This document shows positions 37,732 to 51,000 of a DNA stretch of 64,000 bases, one piece after another. The notes beneath the pieces are model-generated. The model ran no database searches, had not been told where the DNA came from, and worked only from the letters and a program-made list of their open reading frames with translations. The translations under genes were made by a program, and so were the position numbers. Numbering within the stretch: position 1 is the first letter of the stretch; each line of letters begins with the position of its first letter. This stretch comes from Syncephalis fuscata S228 (lineage: Eukaryota > Fungi > Zoopagomycota): NCBI GenBank assembly GCA_025786725.1, contig JAHLTZ010000012.1:186001-250000 (forward strand), given 5' to 3'.

Positions 37732-38625
37732 ATTTTGTGGTCAAATGGCTATTTTTAATAAAATTCGCGTAATTGAACTGCACATTCAATCTATTGAACA
37801 TGAAAACAAGTGGTGAGTTTTATTTAATCATCACACCATCATCATTGTAAATTTATTATCCAATATGTATATATCTAGTATACATATATATCATTAATAT
37901 GCTTAATTAACATTAAAAGCATAACTAATTGACATGATCTGGTTTATTTATAAACAATCTTAATAAAACATAACTCCGTTCATATTCATATTATTTGTTA
38001 TACCAATATAACTCAGTGAACAAACTAAGTGCGGTAAGTCGATTTTTATTAATAAAAAAAGTTGGGACCATACTGACAACAGCTATAGACAGCGTATAGC
38101 CAATATATAATAAAACAATAAACATTATAATAAATAGGCAATATTGAACGAGATTAGCAATGTTGGAGCTAATGAGCATATATGCATGATCAATGAGCGG
38201 AATTAATCGACATTTGTTAATAATAATGCTAAGGCAAAAAAGTAGTTTTGAACAGAACAGGGCTAGTTGAGTATAGAATGATATATAAAATGACGTGTAT
38301 ACGGTAAGAAAGCATAAAAATAATATTAAAAGTTATAGTGCATATAATGCAATGAGCAACACAAGTGAAGTGTATAGGAACATATAAACAATAGAATGTA
38401 TTTAGTATATCATTATATGATATATAATAGTGCGGGCAGAATGATAATGATATAAGTGACTAGAGTATATATGCGCATTGAATATATGCATACTGGATAA
38501 TGAATCTACAATAATAAGTATTTTGGACTCTGATGTGAATTACCTTAGTTTCATGTTTAATAAAAGAAAGTTTAATTTAAAAGTGTAAATATTATCAAGT
38601 TGCCATTTGACATCCAAGTCACATT
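37732..38625. mobile_element. MITE-family copy (same family as 19721-20322)
   Basis: GGTCAAATGGCTA...TATTGAACATG left end. 38190-38525 is an inverted match to 19800-20115. Right end GCCATTTGAC. Confidence 0.7.
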
Positions 38626-39079
38626 AAATGACTAGTAAATTATTTGATGCTTGCAAAAAGAAAAATTGTATTTATTTAATTAAATAAATGAGGTGATATA
38701 TACAATATGATAATACAAACCATAAATCGAGTAGAATTGTACATAAAAATACTATGAATATATTGAGATACAGATGAGGGCATTGTTTAAGTGGTGGAAT
38801 AAAAGAAAGAATAAAAGCAAATGCAATTATAGAACAATGTCATTAATAAAGCACTGAGTGTAATAAAAAGAATAGATAACAAACAATAAAGACAAGCATA
38901 TTTATAGAACAATGTCTTCAGTAAAACAATGAGTGTAATAAGAAGAATAAAAAACAATAGTTGAAGTTTGAGTTTCATATCTTTTATTTTCAAAAAAGTA
39001 GGAGGCTCACAGTAAAATAGTTTTATCTGGCTAAATAATCGATTTGCTACAGCCGACTGTTACTTATTTTCTACGTTCA

Positions 39080-39806
39080 ATGGACTTTTCGGCCTTTCAT
39101 GCTGCACACTTTAGTGCTAGTCAGCGAGCAGTATTTCAACAACTTATGAATCCCCAACAGCAAGGGAATGCGAATCACTCAACAGGAGTCGAGTATACAG
39201 CAACAACAGATGCTATACAGCATGATGAAGAGCAACCGAATAACAACGATTTTGTAAATACGTTAACCGAAGATGATGGGAACGAGAGCGAGCTTGTCTA
39301 TGAAGATGATGATGATGACATAGTAGACAGCGATAGTATAAATAGGACTCGGAAAGGGCGGTTTGTACTATCGTCGGCTGCTATTGCCATGTTTGCTCAA
39401 TCAGCAGCCTATCGCGAAGAATGTACAGTATAATAATATACTCTTATTGTATCTATACTCATTAATTTTATCTTGTTTAATTAAATCCATAGTGCGCCAA
39501 GAGAAGGAAAGAGAAGCAGCCGAACAGGTACGTATTGAAAATCAAAGCGACGATGACGATGACGCATCCGGCGAACGCCGTAAGCGCATGCGTAGTTGTC
39601 TTGAACCAAATCCACTTGATGACATGCCACGCGTCAATACAATGAGCGTTTATAAACAGCTCTATGGCACTACAGGTGCATTAGAGATTATACGACGAGA
39701 AACTGCACTCAATGCAGCCTATCGTGCTCAGTGCCAGCCATCAAGTCAAGGCAGTAAAAGCGGATCGACGGTTGTCGTATGGCCTGTTCTTCCACTTCAT
39801 TGTTAG
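39080..39806 (+). CDS. GEMIN8-like SMN-complex subunit (2 exons)
   Basis: MFAQSAAYREE|LRQEKER, LYG..ALEIIRRETALN and C-terminal WPVLPL; intron ~39423-39492. Confidence 0.65.
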
Positions 39807-40139
39807 ATGATCAAAATAATCCACACCACGCATGTAACACCTGTTTTATAGTAAAGTTTTTTTTTCGTTTTTTTTTAATAGCTCCCCTATCGTGTATGGC
39901 AGCAGATTTAGATATTTTATGCAGTACTGACTATATTTAGTTTTATAATGCAGCAAAGCCACGATATTCTCTAGCCGATTATAGATTACAGTTTTAGTTT
40001 AAATAAATTCATAATAGTTTATTATAATTGCAATTAGCTGTTTAAAGAATTAGCACGCCGCTGATCATATAATATGTTATGTGTACTATAACATTATTAT
40101 ACAATTTGATTTATTCTATTAACTATCTATTATCATTTC

Positions 40140-40450
40140 GAGTCAAATGACTAATATTTAATAATATTTAATTTATTGAACATGATGGTGGGTGGTGAGT
40201 GACATTAATCATCGAATACTCATCATCGTAGATTTATTATCCATTATACATATATCCTCTATTCACCTATATCATTCCCATTCTATTCTATACTACTATA
40301 TAGCATTATATAATATATTAGACACATTTTATTGTTTATATACTTCAACATACTTTACTCAATACACTCATTATGTAATATATACTATAGCTTCAGCATC
40401 GTTATTCATACTTTTCTTGTATATTCACTATAATTTATTTTCAAAAAATA
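40140..40450. mobile_element. Truncated MITE-family copy
   Basis: GTCAAATGACTA...TATTGAACATGATG..GTGGTGAGTGACAT..ATACTCAT matches 19721 onward. Confidence 0.75.
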
Positions 40451-41996
40451 AATAGTTTTACAAAAATTGCTTCAAATGCTTCAACACCTTTAGTCAAGTC
40501 CATAGAACTTGAATGTAACAGCTTAAACGATGGCTGTTGATCACATAACTGCCATCTATTTATCCAATAGGTGCCGATAGATGTTATTTAGGTAATGATC
40601 ACCTAACCAGTTGTAGTACCACGACCACTCGTTTACTTGTAATGCATGCTGTCCCCTTGACATGGTGACCCTAACAGCAACAATGACAAGTTATTGGACC
40701 ATTTCTCTGCGACTACATACGCATAAGGCTGGCATTATGGCTGTTTCTGTCGAGGCGTAACAATCCTTGCACCCATCCCGTCTCATATGGTCTCCATCCA
40801 ATCATTTTTGAATGAATCCGGTTTACGGCAATTGCTGTTATTTCCATACTCAACATCCGCTCGGACACTCCCACACACACACACACATATATATATAGTT
40901 ATTCTTTACACTTCTTTTCACACGTTTGCCACCACTATTATTTTGTCGTTGTTGCTATTGTTGCGATCACTCTTTGAATGCAAAAAACAGCGTCCGCGTT
41001 CAGTTTTTTTGTTGTTTTGGGCTCGACCCACTTATTCTATTGCCTAGATTCTCCTCACGTTGTGCAGCGCATACTAAGGATTACGCTATTACTAAACGTC
41101 CGCCAACGTTTGCTTTAACAACACTTAACTTACGTGCGCAACTCACCCAACTTCTTCAGATCCTATTCCTCGACAACGACTCGAACGCTTTTGTCCTTTC
41201 TTCATCTTTTGGCATACTTCATCCACTGGCTGTTTCCCTAGTAGCAGCCATTCCGTTGCAGTGTTCGTGCCATTTTTCTGCAAGCTCTACGGCCTTTTCT
41301 TTCTATCCAGGGAACAGCTATTGCCCTGACGACGCCGTTCACGGATCTTAGGCTATTACGCGTAGATCACGGCTCTTGGTCTGCATTCAAACTATCTGCA
41401 ACGAGTGCTAAGGCTAAAATAGCAGCTATAAACATAGTAGCGGTGATTGCGGCTGTAGTGTGCCCGTGTACCAGCGTGCGTTCGAGTGTGCGTGTGCGTG
41501 TGTGTACAGAGAAATACACCAAAGAGAGCGTTTCAAGCCAATTGTGGCAGCTTTCCTTTTATTTTCTCCTTTTCCAATCGACTTGTTAGCGGCTCTACTG
41601 CACGCATTTGCGTGTGTATAGGCAAATAGCAGCTATTAACGTAAGTACAAGCGGCAACAAACGACGGGAAACGATCAGGAGTTGGCCATTATTGGACACT
41701 GATTCTTGCTCCTGCTTACTTGATTGCATGTGTCCCTTCTCTCGCGTTATTCAGAATCTACACAACAAACAATAGTGACCGACTACTGACTCTAATATTG
41801 ATTCATATATTTTCTTGTTCGCTAACTGTTTATCCATTCATATTTGTGTCTATTTTAGAAGGTCCTACCTTGATTATTGTTTATTTGCACTTTATTTCTG
41901 ACCTTCAAGGCAGATTAGTCCGTTGGACTTGAACCTACCGATTGGACTACCGATTCAGTCTTTTTTTACTGGTTTATTTCGTTTTGTGTATCTACG

Positions 41997-44900
41997 ATGC
42001 CGCCTATTGTGCTTAAAATTAAAGGCAGCCGGCCTTTTCTTCCCTTCGCAGAGCTTGATAGCGAAGAGGATTTATCCAAAACATGGCGTGTGTGTACCAA
42101 AGTCAAGGACTCATTAGAGAATGGAAGCCGACTGGAAAATCTTAGCTGGCGACTATGGCATCTACATCAACTAGTGGCGAGCGGTAAGCGGAAGCTAAAC
42201 AATGAAGAAAATAGCGATGGCGCGTCGACTAGCAACACACAGAGCGGCACCGCGGGAACCAGCTCGTCGATGACGAATGATGTACCCATGATGCTGGACA
42301 GCATACCTGATCTTGGCGGACAATCGGTCGCGAATGGGACAGAATTAGATGTTGAGAATAAGCGATGCACCTTCCGTACACTGTCCAAGAATGCCACACG
42401 TATCTTGGATGGAGACGAGAATGCTGATCAACGAGACTTTGAAATGCGTGTACGCCATTTTAGTCCTTCTTCCGGTCGCAGTGCACGTTCTTCCAAATCA
42501 CCCCAAGTTACAAGCAGTTTACCGACGGCTGATAATAACAGCCCAAGCATGCGGTGTCCGCCAGCAATGAATATACAGCACAATATTAATGCTAACAACA
42601 ATATTAGTAATGGTAGTAATGGCCAGTTTAGCTATACTAACGAAGTAGCAAACCAGCTATCGTCTAAATCAAATAATACACTTTGGCTTCAACAGGCATG
42701 TTCAATGCAAGCAAATGATATGGCCAATGCCCAAGCATCTGTTGCGTCAGCGGCAATGCCTAGTGCCAATCTACCTAATGGTATGCCCATTCCCACTCGT
42801 ATTATGTCTCAGGCAAATCAAGGCCGAGCCATTACTACAACAACAAATACAATGCTACCAGCTCCATCGGCCGTTTATCCGCCATATCAGGCCTACACCG
42901 CTGGCAATGATCTTAGCCAATTAATGGGTGCAGCAGCCTCGATATTTCCACAGCTTATGGGTATTCCTGGCCTAACCAATAATGTTGGTATGGCTAATAA
43001 TGCGGCTCCACCGTTGGCTGGTACGGCTGCTGGTGTACTTTTGGATGATATGTTTGGTTCATTTCCAGCATCGGCGTATGTTGGTGATGTCAATCAACCG
43101 CCAACTATTGAAATACCATTGGAACAAGTACTAAATGCTAATGGAATTAACGTTGCAGCTGCCGCGGCGGCAGCAGCAGCAGCAGCAGCCAATCCTGCTT
43201 GGTCCACTGCGTCGACACCATCGGCAACACAGGACCAAATGAATACCAATTACTTTGATGCATGGCTTAATGTCGCATCGGGTCGTTGGCCAGCTGGAGC
43301 AAATACTTCGCAGTCGACAAACACATCACCGCGGACAGCTGCGCAACTAGTAAAACTAGAAACACCGCTGACACAGCCATCATCAGCAACTACATCACCG
43401 AATCTAGTTTACAATACCGGAAATATCGCTACATCAAATAGACCCGATGCTGCTATACCATCTAATATAATGGGATCGGTCAGTACATCAGCCACCAGTG
43501 AGGCAACGGCTTCGTTAAGCGGATACACTACACCTACTACTACAACATCAGTTGGAGGAGAAAATCTATCTGCAGTTGTTAATGCTGCACGCCAGCTATT
43601 ATCAGAACATGCTGAATCAGCAAATAGACTACCAGTGTCACCAGTTTCACTTACACCAGCATCTGTAACAAGTGTTAAATTAAACGATGGTAAATCTTCT
43701 GTATCATCACCGGCTACATTGGCAACGGCAACACCAGCACAGCAACAGCCAAAACAGACTAAGCAGAAGTCAAAGCCAAAGCCAAAGCCAAAGCAGCAGC
43801 AGCAACAACAACAACAGCCGCAACAGCCACAGCAACAATCTTTAGCTATGCTGACTGCATCCAATCTGGCCAAATCTTCAAATACAGCCAAGTCAATATT
43901 TCCTACCTATCATAATACTGAAGATTCACTAAAACTGTCAACATCAGTACCAGTCGTGCCAGGTACTATAGCGACCAACAACAACGGTTTGACTACTGGA
44001 AACCAACCAATTAACATTATGGCAAAGCCGTCGGATCATATATCTTTGGTTACAGATCCAGCTCAGCTATTTTGTCGCAATTGTGGAGTTACATCGACCC
44101 CACTTTGGCGACGATCTATTAATGATGATATCCTATGCAATGCATGTGGTCTTTAGTAAGTTTAATAATACTGAATTGTTAGGATAGTTAATATTTACTA
44201 ATAAGCATTGCTTACAGTATGAAATTACACAATATGGCCCGTCCAAAGTTGCGCAAAGCACAGCAGAAAGACTTGCAGCCAAGTATTGAGCATTGCGTTA
44301 ATTCCAGTCCAATACCCGGCAACAATAAATCATCTGTGTTTTGTTCGAACTGCTATACAAATAATACACCATTATGGCGACGTGACGACCAAAGCAACGT
44401 TTTATGTAATGCCTGTGGTCTATAGTAAGCCATTAATTAATACAATCATATTGCTACTGATACTGATACTAATATTAATAATAGTCTAAAGCTGCATCAA
44501 GAACGGCGTCCACTTAGTTTGAAGACCGACGTTATTAAGAAACGTCAGCGATATGATACGCCTAAAAAGAGCAAGAAAGCAAAGACCGGTGAAGAGGCCA
44601 GCGAAGAGAATAGCGTTGAAAACAGTCCAGATCAATCATCATCTGGAACATCTTTACAAACAACGTTTATGGATACAAGTTCAACAGAACCATCACCATG
44701 CCATTCTCCGTCAACACAACCTATTGGTCTAACATCTGCAACATATTCACCGTTACAAAATCAGCAACAGCAACATTCATTAAATATGCAAATTAAACAA
44801 GAACCCGTGCTAATGAATGGTAATACAGGCTTAACTAATTTGAATGGTGTTGATTTCCAAACAGCTATTCAATCGGCAAACTTATATGCAACTAATGGAT

Positions 44901-45007
44901 GGCCTACTACCACCACTGCTGCTAATGCCAATTTATTGCAGCCATCAACAGCATCGACCAGCGGTAGAAATACACCGTCAAAGCAACAACATACCGGCGT
45001 ATCATAG
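41997..45007 (+). CDS. GATA transcription factor with N-terminal DUF1752-type motif and two C4 zinc fingers
   Basis: [27 protein letters not shown]; CRNC-x17-CNACGLY and CSNC-x17-[22 protein letters not shown] after removing introns 44156-44217 and 44425-44484. Confidence 0.93.
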
Positions 45008-45233
45008 TGTAGACTTTTATTGTTGAGCAACATCATCTAAGCTACATTAACAACACTTAAGATACCAACCTTTATGTTAGATCAAATGATGATTTTGATC
45101 CATGCTGCATTTGTGTTTATTCGCTTCGCTTCACGCTCTGTTCTAGTAGATTGCATGTCTTTTTTTGTTTGTTTGTTTGTTTTTTCTTTTCTATAGTTAG
45201 TTATTTTTTCATTAGCGTAAAAATGTTCGCTTT

Positions 45234-45279
45234 TTATTATTATTATTATTACTATTATTATTACTATTATTATTACTAT
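45234..45279. repeat. (TAT/TAC)n microsatellite
   Basis: Direct reading. Confidence 0.9.
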
Positions 45280-45779
45280 TCTTTACTATCAGTGCCATTA
45301 TTAACATTGTTACAACTTTATTTTAAAGATTGTAGCTTAGATGACTAAGCAGCGTATTATACTGGACTGACGTTTACTATAATGTTAGTATTTAATGTGT
45401 ACTAAGATTTGTCTAAATGCTTAAAATATAATGTACTGATCATTAATTATCGCAGTTCAAATATAATAAACTGTATGACACTAACCAAAATAAAATGAGA
45501 CAAGGTTATTGTTTTTTTATTGCTATTAAATAAGATTATTATTTGCAGTAAACATAGCCAATAATAAACAAACTTTATATTGGTTCATTACTAGTGCAGT
45601 ATATCAATTTACATAGCTATTCATATATCCACAACAAACAACTATTTACTTATTGCTTATCATATCAGGATGATAGCAGCATTAATATTAAGCAATCTAT
45701 TAGCTACTTATGGTTATTTAAAGGACATATGACTATGTTTAATTATATTTTATTTATTGAACTAACATTCTTTCTAGCA

Positions 45780-46370
45780 AACATGAAACTAGATGATGGA
45801 TGACATCAGCCATTAAAATATTTATTATCGTAGATTCATTATCCAACACACGTGTATATTTTATTTATTACTACTATTCCACTATACATCCATACTAGTA
45901 TATACTATTGTATCAATGGAGAAGTAACATTGAAGCTATTCAATACAATCATTATGCTGATAATTGTGTCTGTACAGCAGCATAACCTACTACTATTGAG
46001 ATTGCACTTGCTGTTACCAGCACAACTTGTAATAACAATCCATAGCAACAACAAATCATATAAAGAAATTTACAGCATATTCTAAACAGTATAAAGTAAA
46101 GCCAAAAATATACTTGTTATGTTAACAACAATGCCAATATCAATTATTGGAGTAATGAAGGTCAGATTACAAAGAACAATGCAAAGACATAACATAGAAT
46201 ATATAATTATACAGTAGTCAATCAACCATTGATACTATCTATGTAGTATATACGGAGTGTACAAGTATATGTAGTGGATATATGTTATCAAGTGTATTAA
46301 AAGAATAAAAGTTAATTGATCCAACATGTTAGTACATCATAAAACATATCAAAGATGTTGAATAATAAAC
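45780..46370. mobile_element. Degenerate repeat, inverted homologue of ~16240-17130
   Basis: GTAGATTCATTATCCA TIR-type motif at ~45830, plus shared internal blocks (TGCCAATA..AATTAT.GGAG.AATGAAGGT). Confidence 0.55.
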
Positions 46371-48013
46371 TTATTAAAACAATGTCATTTAACTCTAAAA
46401 GATTTATTTAAATAAAAACTATTGCTATCATTACGATTACTATTATTATTAACATTATAATTATAGTAAATAACAGTTTTTGGTAATATTTGAATAGTAT
46501 TAAATAGTTGTATGGATTACTTGTAAATTCTTATTATTTCGCCCACTTTTCTTTCTAGCTACTATTTTATTATAACAATGGTAAGTAGAATCTAATAATA
46601 GTATAAAGGAGTGAACTATTGTAATGACGAGTTCATAGTATCATCCTTGTTCTTAGTGTGCCATACGGCATGTAAGATGATGATAACATACTAAAGCGTC
46701 GGTTCTTTACTTTAAGTAAGGCTCTCGGGCAAGATTCCAAACATCTACTGGTTGAGAATCAGAGAGATGACGGGTGCCGGAACAATAGCCACTGTCTTCA
46801 ACTATAAACTATACTATATACTATTAATAACCACTAACGTAATAACTGTTACTAGATTACAAGTACATAATATAACAAGTTACAATATCAACAGTATAAT
46901 AATAAAGATCAACCGTAACATTGATAATAGTACTATTTATTAATCCTATCTATATACAATAGTAATAGTAAAAACCATAATAATGCTTAGTCGTCAATGT
47001 CGTCATTTTCTATCTTGCCACCACTCAATTCGTATCTGACATCATTTTTACCTTTTAATTGTATGATTGGGCCAATCATTACTCTATAGAAATTACACAC
47101 ACACACAAGCCACTCACTCACTTTTTACTTACTTTTATTGATTGCTCTTTAACAAACCCTTGCTTATCTACAAAATAGTGATGAATTTGTAACACATACA
47201 CAAGAGAAAGAAAGAAAAAAGACATCTATTTTTTATATATACATCGTATTTACTCTCTATTACTACTTATTAATAGTGAAGTAATAGTGGTGGTCTATTT
47301 TTTCTATACTATTTTTCATTTTGTCTAATACTGTTACAACTGTTGGTCATCTTTTTCCATTTACTCTCTTCTAACTACAACTATTACAACTGTGCGTCTA
47401 TTACGTCGCTTTCTTTTCCCGTCTATACATCAGTAACAATAATAGTAGTTTACAGTCATTATTGGTGGTGTTTATTCTTGTATACTCGTTTACACTATTG
47501 TTAGTCAATTGCGCGCGTATTTGTATTGCTCCTTACTAGCCGCACTATACCACTGCCACTACTACTATTGCCACTACTACTACTACTACTACTACTCGTT
47601 TCTTTGTATGTCCTTTTTGGCACAACTGTCTACATTTATACGTATATACTAGTCGCTACTGACTTGCCCGAGTCTTCCTTGGTGACAGACTATACCATTG
47701 TGACACCTCAAATCTTTTACAAGTAATTGCAATTGGTTTAATAACCAAGCCTATTCTTTTCTTTTGAATCGCGTAAAGGTACGTGGAATGTGAAAGGGCG
47801 CAAATAGGCCGAAGTTGATGGCAGCCACTATAAGATAGCACTACTAACCGATCGAACTAACATTCTCTTCTATAGTCTATTACTACTACTACTACTATAC
47901 TAGACACTTTGAGTGGATGCCTCTGTGTACAGAATAGACGCTACTATCTTATTGACTTTTAGCGTTACGTGTCACCACAATCTCGTCATCTTGGATTTGT
48001 GGCCTCGACGGCC

Positions 48014-51000
48014 ATGTCCACAAATGAATCCGAGGCTAATCGACGTTTGCAGGCTCAATCCGAGTCTTTGCCTGCAGCGTCTGTATCGGCCACGAGCCGT
48101 GAACCAACCGAGTTGTCTCAACCTATAACCACATCGTCGAATCAACAATCTACACCGCCAGCGTCAATTCCAACGACCACTGCGGCAGCAGCAGCAGCAG
48201 CGGCAAGTGCGGCAGTTGGTATTGCATCGAGTGTTATGACGAGCTCAAGTGTAGCCGCTGCCTCATTTGCCCGCGGTCCTTCTTCCGCACGACTAGGTGG
48301 ATTATTCCGCGTATTTAGACCACGGAAAAGTGCATCTGAAGAAGAAACATGGCGTTCTATGGGCACTGATACTCAACAGGACCTTGCTAATCCAGAAATG
48401 TTATTATCCGCTGAAAATCACGCCGAAAGTGATGGCTATCGTTTATTAATGGCATTTAAACAGGCCAATTCATCAAGTCAACGGGCCCGTGTAGCCAGAA
48501 ATATTGCTACAGTAGTCCGAGAACGCCGTGTCGATCATTTAGAGGCTATTTGGGCCGCTGTATCTGAACTATTAACAGCCAATGAATCTGCCGATGCGCG
48601 CCGTGCCGCATTTGAAGTCATGCTTGCATGTATTCACGGACAGTATACACGACTCGATTTACTACGACCCGAATTCTATCGCACCCTACAAGACTATGAC
48701 CAACAAGAAGATACAGAACTGCGTATTACTGCACTTCGCGCCCTTATTAAAGACGGTAGAGATATTAGTGGGTTTGAGAAAAGCGTTGGCCGAATGCTAC
48801 TTGAATGGCTACGCCAACTATTTGAACGGGCGCAAAGAGCAGCCGCCCAAAGCCTTGACATTTCTCAACTCACCTCTGGCTATAGTGGATCATTATCACG
48901 GTCATCGGGTAGCGGTAATGGCAGTGCACGTCTTTCTGCACTGGCCGGCAGTGCTTCACAACGTGTAGCCGCATCCAGTTCCAGCAATCCATACCATCCA
49001 CAATTCAGTGCTGTGCTTTCACTACTGGTCAATGTAGTTAAATTCAACGCATCCTGTTTTGAAGAACGAGAAACTGCCCGTTTAATTGAAGTTGTTTGTC
49101 GAATATGCGATAAAACACTCTATCCAGAAGATGTTCAAGGCTGTCTAGGATTTATGGATGTCGCTGTACGCTATGCCTATGTACCGCCCGCTGCTTTAAC
49201 CAGCTATGTACGCACACTATGTCGCTGTGTTAATCTAGACCAATTTGCCCGTAATAGTTGGGCTATTATGCGTAACTTACTTAAAAGCCATTGTGCACAC
49301 GGGGCCATTCTTATTCTCTGCTCCATTCTTGAAGATGATCGGCATGCATCGGTAGTGCCTTTATTACGCGGTGCCGTCTTCTTTCTAGGCATGTCCAGTT
49401 GGGGATCACAGCGAGTTGAAACGCTATCACATACGTTTTCACGCGCCCTTAATGCCATGAAACGAGCACTGTCCTACAAACGCGCCAATGTAGATTATGA
49501 AATACTACTGAATATGAATCGACTACTTAAGAAATATGCGGCTAAATTAACAACATTTGAATGGGAAATCTATTTTGATATGCTTGAATATCTAACGCAT
49601 TATGCACTCAATCGTCATAAGAGTGATCAACCTAGTAAACAACACTCACCTATTAATCCAGCTAGTAGCGTTGATAATACGGCCACTAGTCAAGTACCCA
49701 CCGAATTTGTAGATGCTTCTATGGCCACACTCATTGATCAACCGGACGATGAACTGCCATGGATGATTGTAAAAGCATTTGCGCGTATTGTAGCTCGATT
49801 GCAAATTGACTATCAACAACGTGAATTAGCCGGTCCAACCCATCGATTTATTCGTGTACTTGAACGACTACAACCATGTCTTACTGAAGAATCAGCCCTA
49901 CTGCTACTTGATTATTATAGATCACAAGATGCATTCTATCCTGTATCTATCGACTGGTTACAAGCATTGTCAAGTGCTATTAATCGATTCTATCGAGAAG
50001 AGAAACGACCAAAAATACGCGCCCGAATGTTATCTATTGTCGCCGAAGTCTATGAAGGCACTAAAGATATGTATGCCAATCAAGTGGTACCCACTCTATT
50101 GTTACCAATGTTATCCACTACATACAATGAAACAGATGATATAGTGAAACAACAAGCATTACAACTATTATTACTCATTGGCATGGATTGTGATCCACTT
50201 GATCAAATAACAACGCTATCCAATGACATAACAGTGCCAGATACTACAAATACTACAGATATAACAATGGCTAATTACAGGTATTTAAGTGGTATACTTG
50301 AAGCCATTGTAGCCTGTCTATCCTGTACATGTCCATTCCCTAATAGTACACATCATTTCAATGCATCAACATCAAAATCTAAAGTAAATGGCGGTCATAG
50401 TCCAGTGTTAACTCGTTCAACATTACGTGGCGTTCAATCGACAATGAATAGAACTACGTCGTCATCCAGTGGACCCTCCACTTCTGCAACCACGACACAT
50501 ACTGGTGGTGGCAGTCTATTCGGATCGCCTAATGCCACCAATACACCATTTATACCGCGCGTTATTCAATCTAACTGTTATGCCCATTGTGCTGCTCGCT
50601 GTCTAGTTACGCTATTTGATGATACACTCTATCGACCAGATCCCACACCATCTCTAATGATATTTCGCGAAATGACTGAAGCACTGCGTAATGATACACT
50701 CCATGCCGCGACTCGACTCATTCTACTGCATTGTCTATTACGATTAAGAGCCAATCCGGCTGATCATCGTATTTATTTGGTGGACTGTGCCTCAGCTGGT
50801 GTAGATCACACTGAACCACCGTTTACTGTACCATTACTGGCATCATTGGCCGCGGGTCTATCGGCTGAGTCAGCCATACCGGGACATACACGCGCTGGAC
50901 CAGGTCGACGACGGTTAACGATGGATACAGAGCGTATTGGTGGATATACACGTCCTCCACTATCTAGTGATCCTACACAATTGGGCACTAGACGTACAAG

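Noticed and set aside
44153-44158. Stop-codon readthrough after CNACGL in the GATA gene
   Set aside because: The TAG spans an exon/intron boundary (TA|GTAAG); splicing restores Tyr.
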